Made by a program: the position numbers and the translations under genes. A stretch of DNA of 63,437 nucleotides, the filler included, from Octopus bimaculoides (lineage: Eukaryota): the NCBI RefSeq assembly GCF_001194135.2. It is 5 parts of 5 records of this genome, joined end to end, with 100 filler letters (N's around TTAATTAATTAA, not from the genome) between each part and the next. Parts side by side here need not be neighbours in the genome. Positions count along the whole stretch, not along the records: positions 61,471 to 63,437 come from NW_026326423.1; 4 more parts are not named here. The stretch is one strand, 5' to 3'. Below the pieces are notes generated by a model. It saw only the letters and a list, made by a program, of their open reading frames with translations. It had not been told where the DNA came from and did no database searches. Positions 61,471-63,437 of the stretch are shown piece by piece (the first letter of the stretch is position 1; each line of letters opens with the position of its first letter).

Positions 61471-61790
61471 GCGTGGCACCTTGGGCAAGTGTCTTCTACT
61501 ATAGCCTCGGGCCGACCAAAGCCTTGTGAGTGGATTTGGTAGACGGAAACTGAAAGAAGCTTGTCGTATATATATATATATATATATACGACAGGCTTCT
61601 TTACATATATATATATATATGTATGTGTGTGTATATGTTTGTGTGTCTGTGTTTGTCCCCCCAACATCGCTTGACAACTGATGCTGGTGTGTTTACGTCC
61701 CGTAACTTAGCGGTTCGGCAAAAGAGACCAATTGAATAAGTACTAGGCTTACAAAGAATAAGTCCTGGGGTCGATTTGCTTGACTAAAGG
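61471..61790 (+). mobile_element. SINE family B (CORE-type) with internal TA/TG tract
   Basis: GTGGCACCTTGGGCAAGTGTCTTCTACTATAGCCTCGGG...GTAACTTAGCGGTTCGGCAAAAGAGACC. Confidence 0.9.
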
Positions 61791-61983
61791 CCAAGTGTGA
61801 AGCATTTGCACCTAGACTTAAGGCTGTGATTCGAAACAGAGGTGGTCATATCAAATAAATATGGTAGTGTCATAATTGTTTCCTTTACCATTGCAGTGCA
61901 ATGCTTGGACCCAAAATATAACACTATTTTGTTATGGCAAGATTGAAATAGGTTAGTTGCCTTAATTTTGGGACTCCCTATAT
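61791..61983 (+). mobile_element. Tc1/mariner 3' end with TIR
   Basis: KCEAFAPRLKAVIRNRGGHIK*, then TTGCCTTAATTTTGGGACTCCC-TATA, similar to the terminus at 345. Confidence 0.75.
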
Positions 61984-62240
61984 ATGTATGTAAGTATGTA
62001 TGTATATGTAACAATTAGTTCCTGGTAACAGTAATAGTATAGGCATACTAACTATGTTTTGGCAACTGATGAACTGGTACCCCTCTTTGAATCTGGACAT
62101 AATTAGGTAAGGACTTTTCAGTTTCCATTGACCATTATTAATAATTTTTTATTTTGTTAATGGCATCTCTTTCTCTCTCTCTCTCTCTCTCTCTCAATCA
62201 ATTAATCAATCAATCAATCATTAACCCCTTCTATTTGCAG

Positions 62241-62391
62241 AGGCAGAATTATCCAAGACTTACAAAATCTGAATGAATTAGATGGTCAACCAGTCGGTAA
62301 AGAAGAACAAAAGGAATGTGGCTTTGTCATCACTCGCAGTGATGATTCTGATGAAAATGACGATGCTGATAAATCTACTAAAGTTTCAAAT
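62241..62391 (+). CDS. Internal coding exon (151 nt, phase 2-0) with an LRR-cap motif and acidic tail; possibly LRRC46-like
   Basis: Acceptor CCCCTTCTATTTGCAG and donor GTAAGA. (R)GRIIQDLQNLNELDGQPVGKEEQKECGFVITRSDDSDENDDADKSTKVSN fits the YRxxVIxxLPxLxxLDG cap of U2A'/SDS22-type LRR proteins. Confidence 0.72.
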
Positions 62392-62534
62392 GTAAGATTA
62401 CAATTTCAGTTATTTACAGAGAATGTCTTTTAGCTCTCTAAGATTCAAGAGGAGCCATTTCAAACATGATTCAACCCAAAACCTTTTTTAAAAAATTCTT
62501 CTAAATTTTATTTTGAAAAAATTTCTCCAAGATG

Positions 62535-63075
62535 TTCATCATCATCATCATCATTATCATTATCATTTAGCATCTGTTTTCCATGCTGGCATGGGTCAGA
62601 CAGTTTGACTGGAACTGGTAAGATGGAGAGCTGCACCAGGCTTCAGTTGTCCGTTTTGGTTTGGTTTCTATGGCTGGATGTCCTTCCTAATGCCAGCCAC
62701 TCCACAGAGTGCACCGGGTGACTTCTATGTGTCACTGGCACTAGCCATGACTACAGTTTCACTTGGCTTGACGTGTCTTCTCAAGCATAGCAAATCACCA
62801 AAAAAGTCTCTGTCACCTGTCATTTGTCATCACCTTTGTGAGACTCAGTATATGTCATCTGCATGGGTGCATTCAGTGTCACTGGCACGGTTTCCTTTTA
62901 TGTGTCACTGGCACATGTGCCCTTCATGTGTCACTGGGATCAGTGCCTTTTTATGTGTCACTGGCACTGACCACATCTATGATCTCGCTTAGCTTGATAT
63001 GTCTTCTCAAGCACAGCAAATCACCAAAGGTCTCGGTCACCTGTCATCGCCTTGATGAGACTCAACATCTGAAGA
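62535..63075 (-). mobile_element. SINE family D (V-like) with internal tandem repeats
   Basis: (CAT)n tail, GCTGGATGTCCTTCCTAATGCC, repeated ATGTGTCACTGGCAC units and a duplicated GTCTTCTCAAGCA.AGCAAATCACC segment. Confidence 0.78.
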
Positions 63076-63084
63076 TCATATTTT

Positions 63085-63437
63085 CTCTTTTACTCTTTTA
63101 CTTGTTTCAGTCATTTGACTGCGGCCATGCTGGAGCACCGCCTTTAGTCGAGCAAATCGACCCCAGGACTTATTCTTTGTAGGCCTAGTACTTATTCTAT
63201 CGGTCTCTTTTGCCGAACCGCTAAGTTACAGGGACGTAAACACACCAGCATCAGTTGTCAAACGATGTTCGGGTGACAAACACAGACACACAAACATACA
63301 CACACACATACACACTCATATATATATATATATATATACATATATACGACAGGCTTCTTTCAGTTTCTGTCTACCAAATCCACTCACAAGGCTTTGGTTG
63401 GCCTGAGGCTATAGTAGAAGACACTTGCCCAAGGTGC
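63085..63437 (-). mobile_element. SINE family B (CORE-type), truncated by the window end
   Basis: Tail at 63085-63150, internal CA/TA tract and CORE region to the window edge. Confidence 0.92.

Noticed and set aside
62019-62106. Phase-compatible upstream exon for the LRR-cap exon (donor GTAAGG at 62107)
   Set aside because: The open frame (PGNSNSIGILTMFWQLMNWYPSLNLDIIR) lacks the expected LxxLxLxGNP pattern and the acceptor is weak. It remains possible as an alternative first exon but is unsupported.

Overview
Eukaryotic, AT-rich, gapped draft-assembly sequence. The SINE repertoire and microsatellite load suggest an octopus (cephalopod); this is inferred from recognition, not a database search. 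Most of the window is microsatellite, N-gaps, tRNA-derived SINEs (CORE-, Meta- and V-domain-like families), decayed Tc1/mariner copies, a hAT MITE and LINE fragments (Dong/R4, CR1, RTE, Penelope). Three host coding exons are supportable: 55755-56009 (-), 59613-59735 (-) and 62241-62391 (+, LRR-cap-like). Nearly all long ORFs in the supplied track are artefacts of microsatellites or gaps. There is no CRISPR array, rRNA or bona fide tRNA gene. The most notable signal is several unrelated short elements combining inverted-repeat arms with a minimal type I hammerhead ribozyme (HHR), as in Penelope-like retroelements. One (27496-28049) has a target-site duplication, an internal tRNA-like Pol III head and two opposite-strand HHRs. 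Another (25827-25877) has a G3:C8 compensatory swap in the catalytic core. Also notable are a cluster of Dong/R4 LINE pieces in an (AAT)n tract and a ~103-bp satellite grown from a dispersed repeat. Ribozyme activity and novelty are untested.
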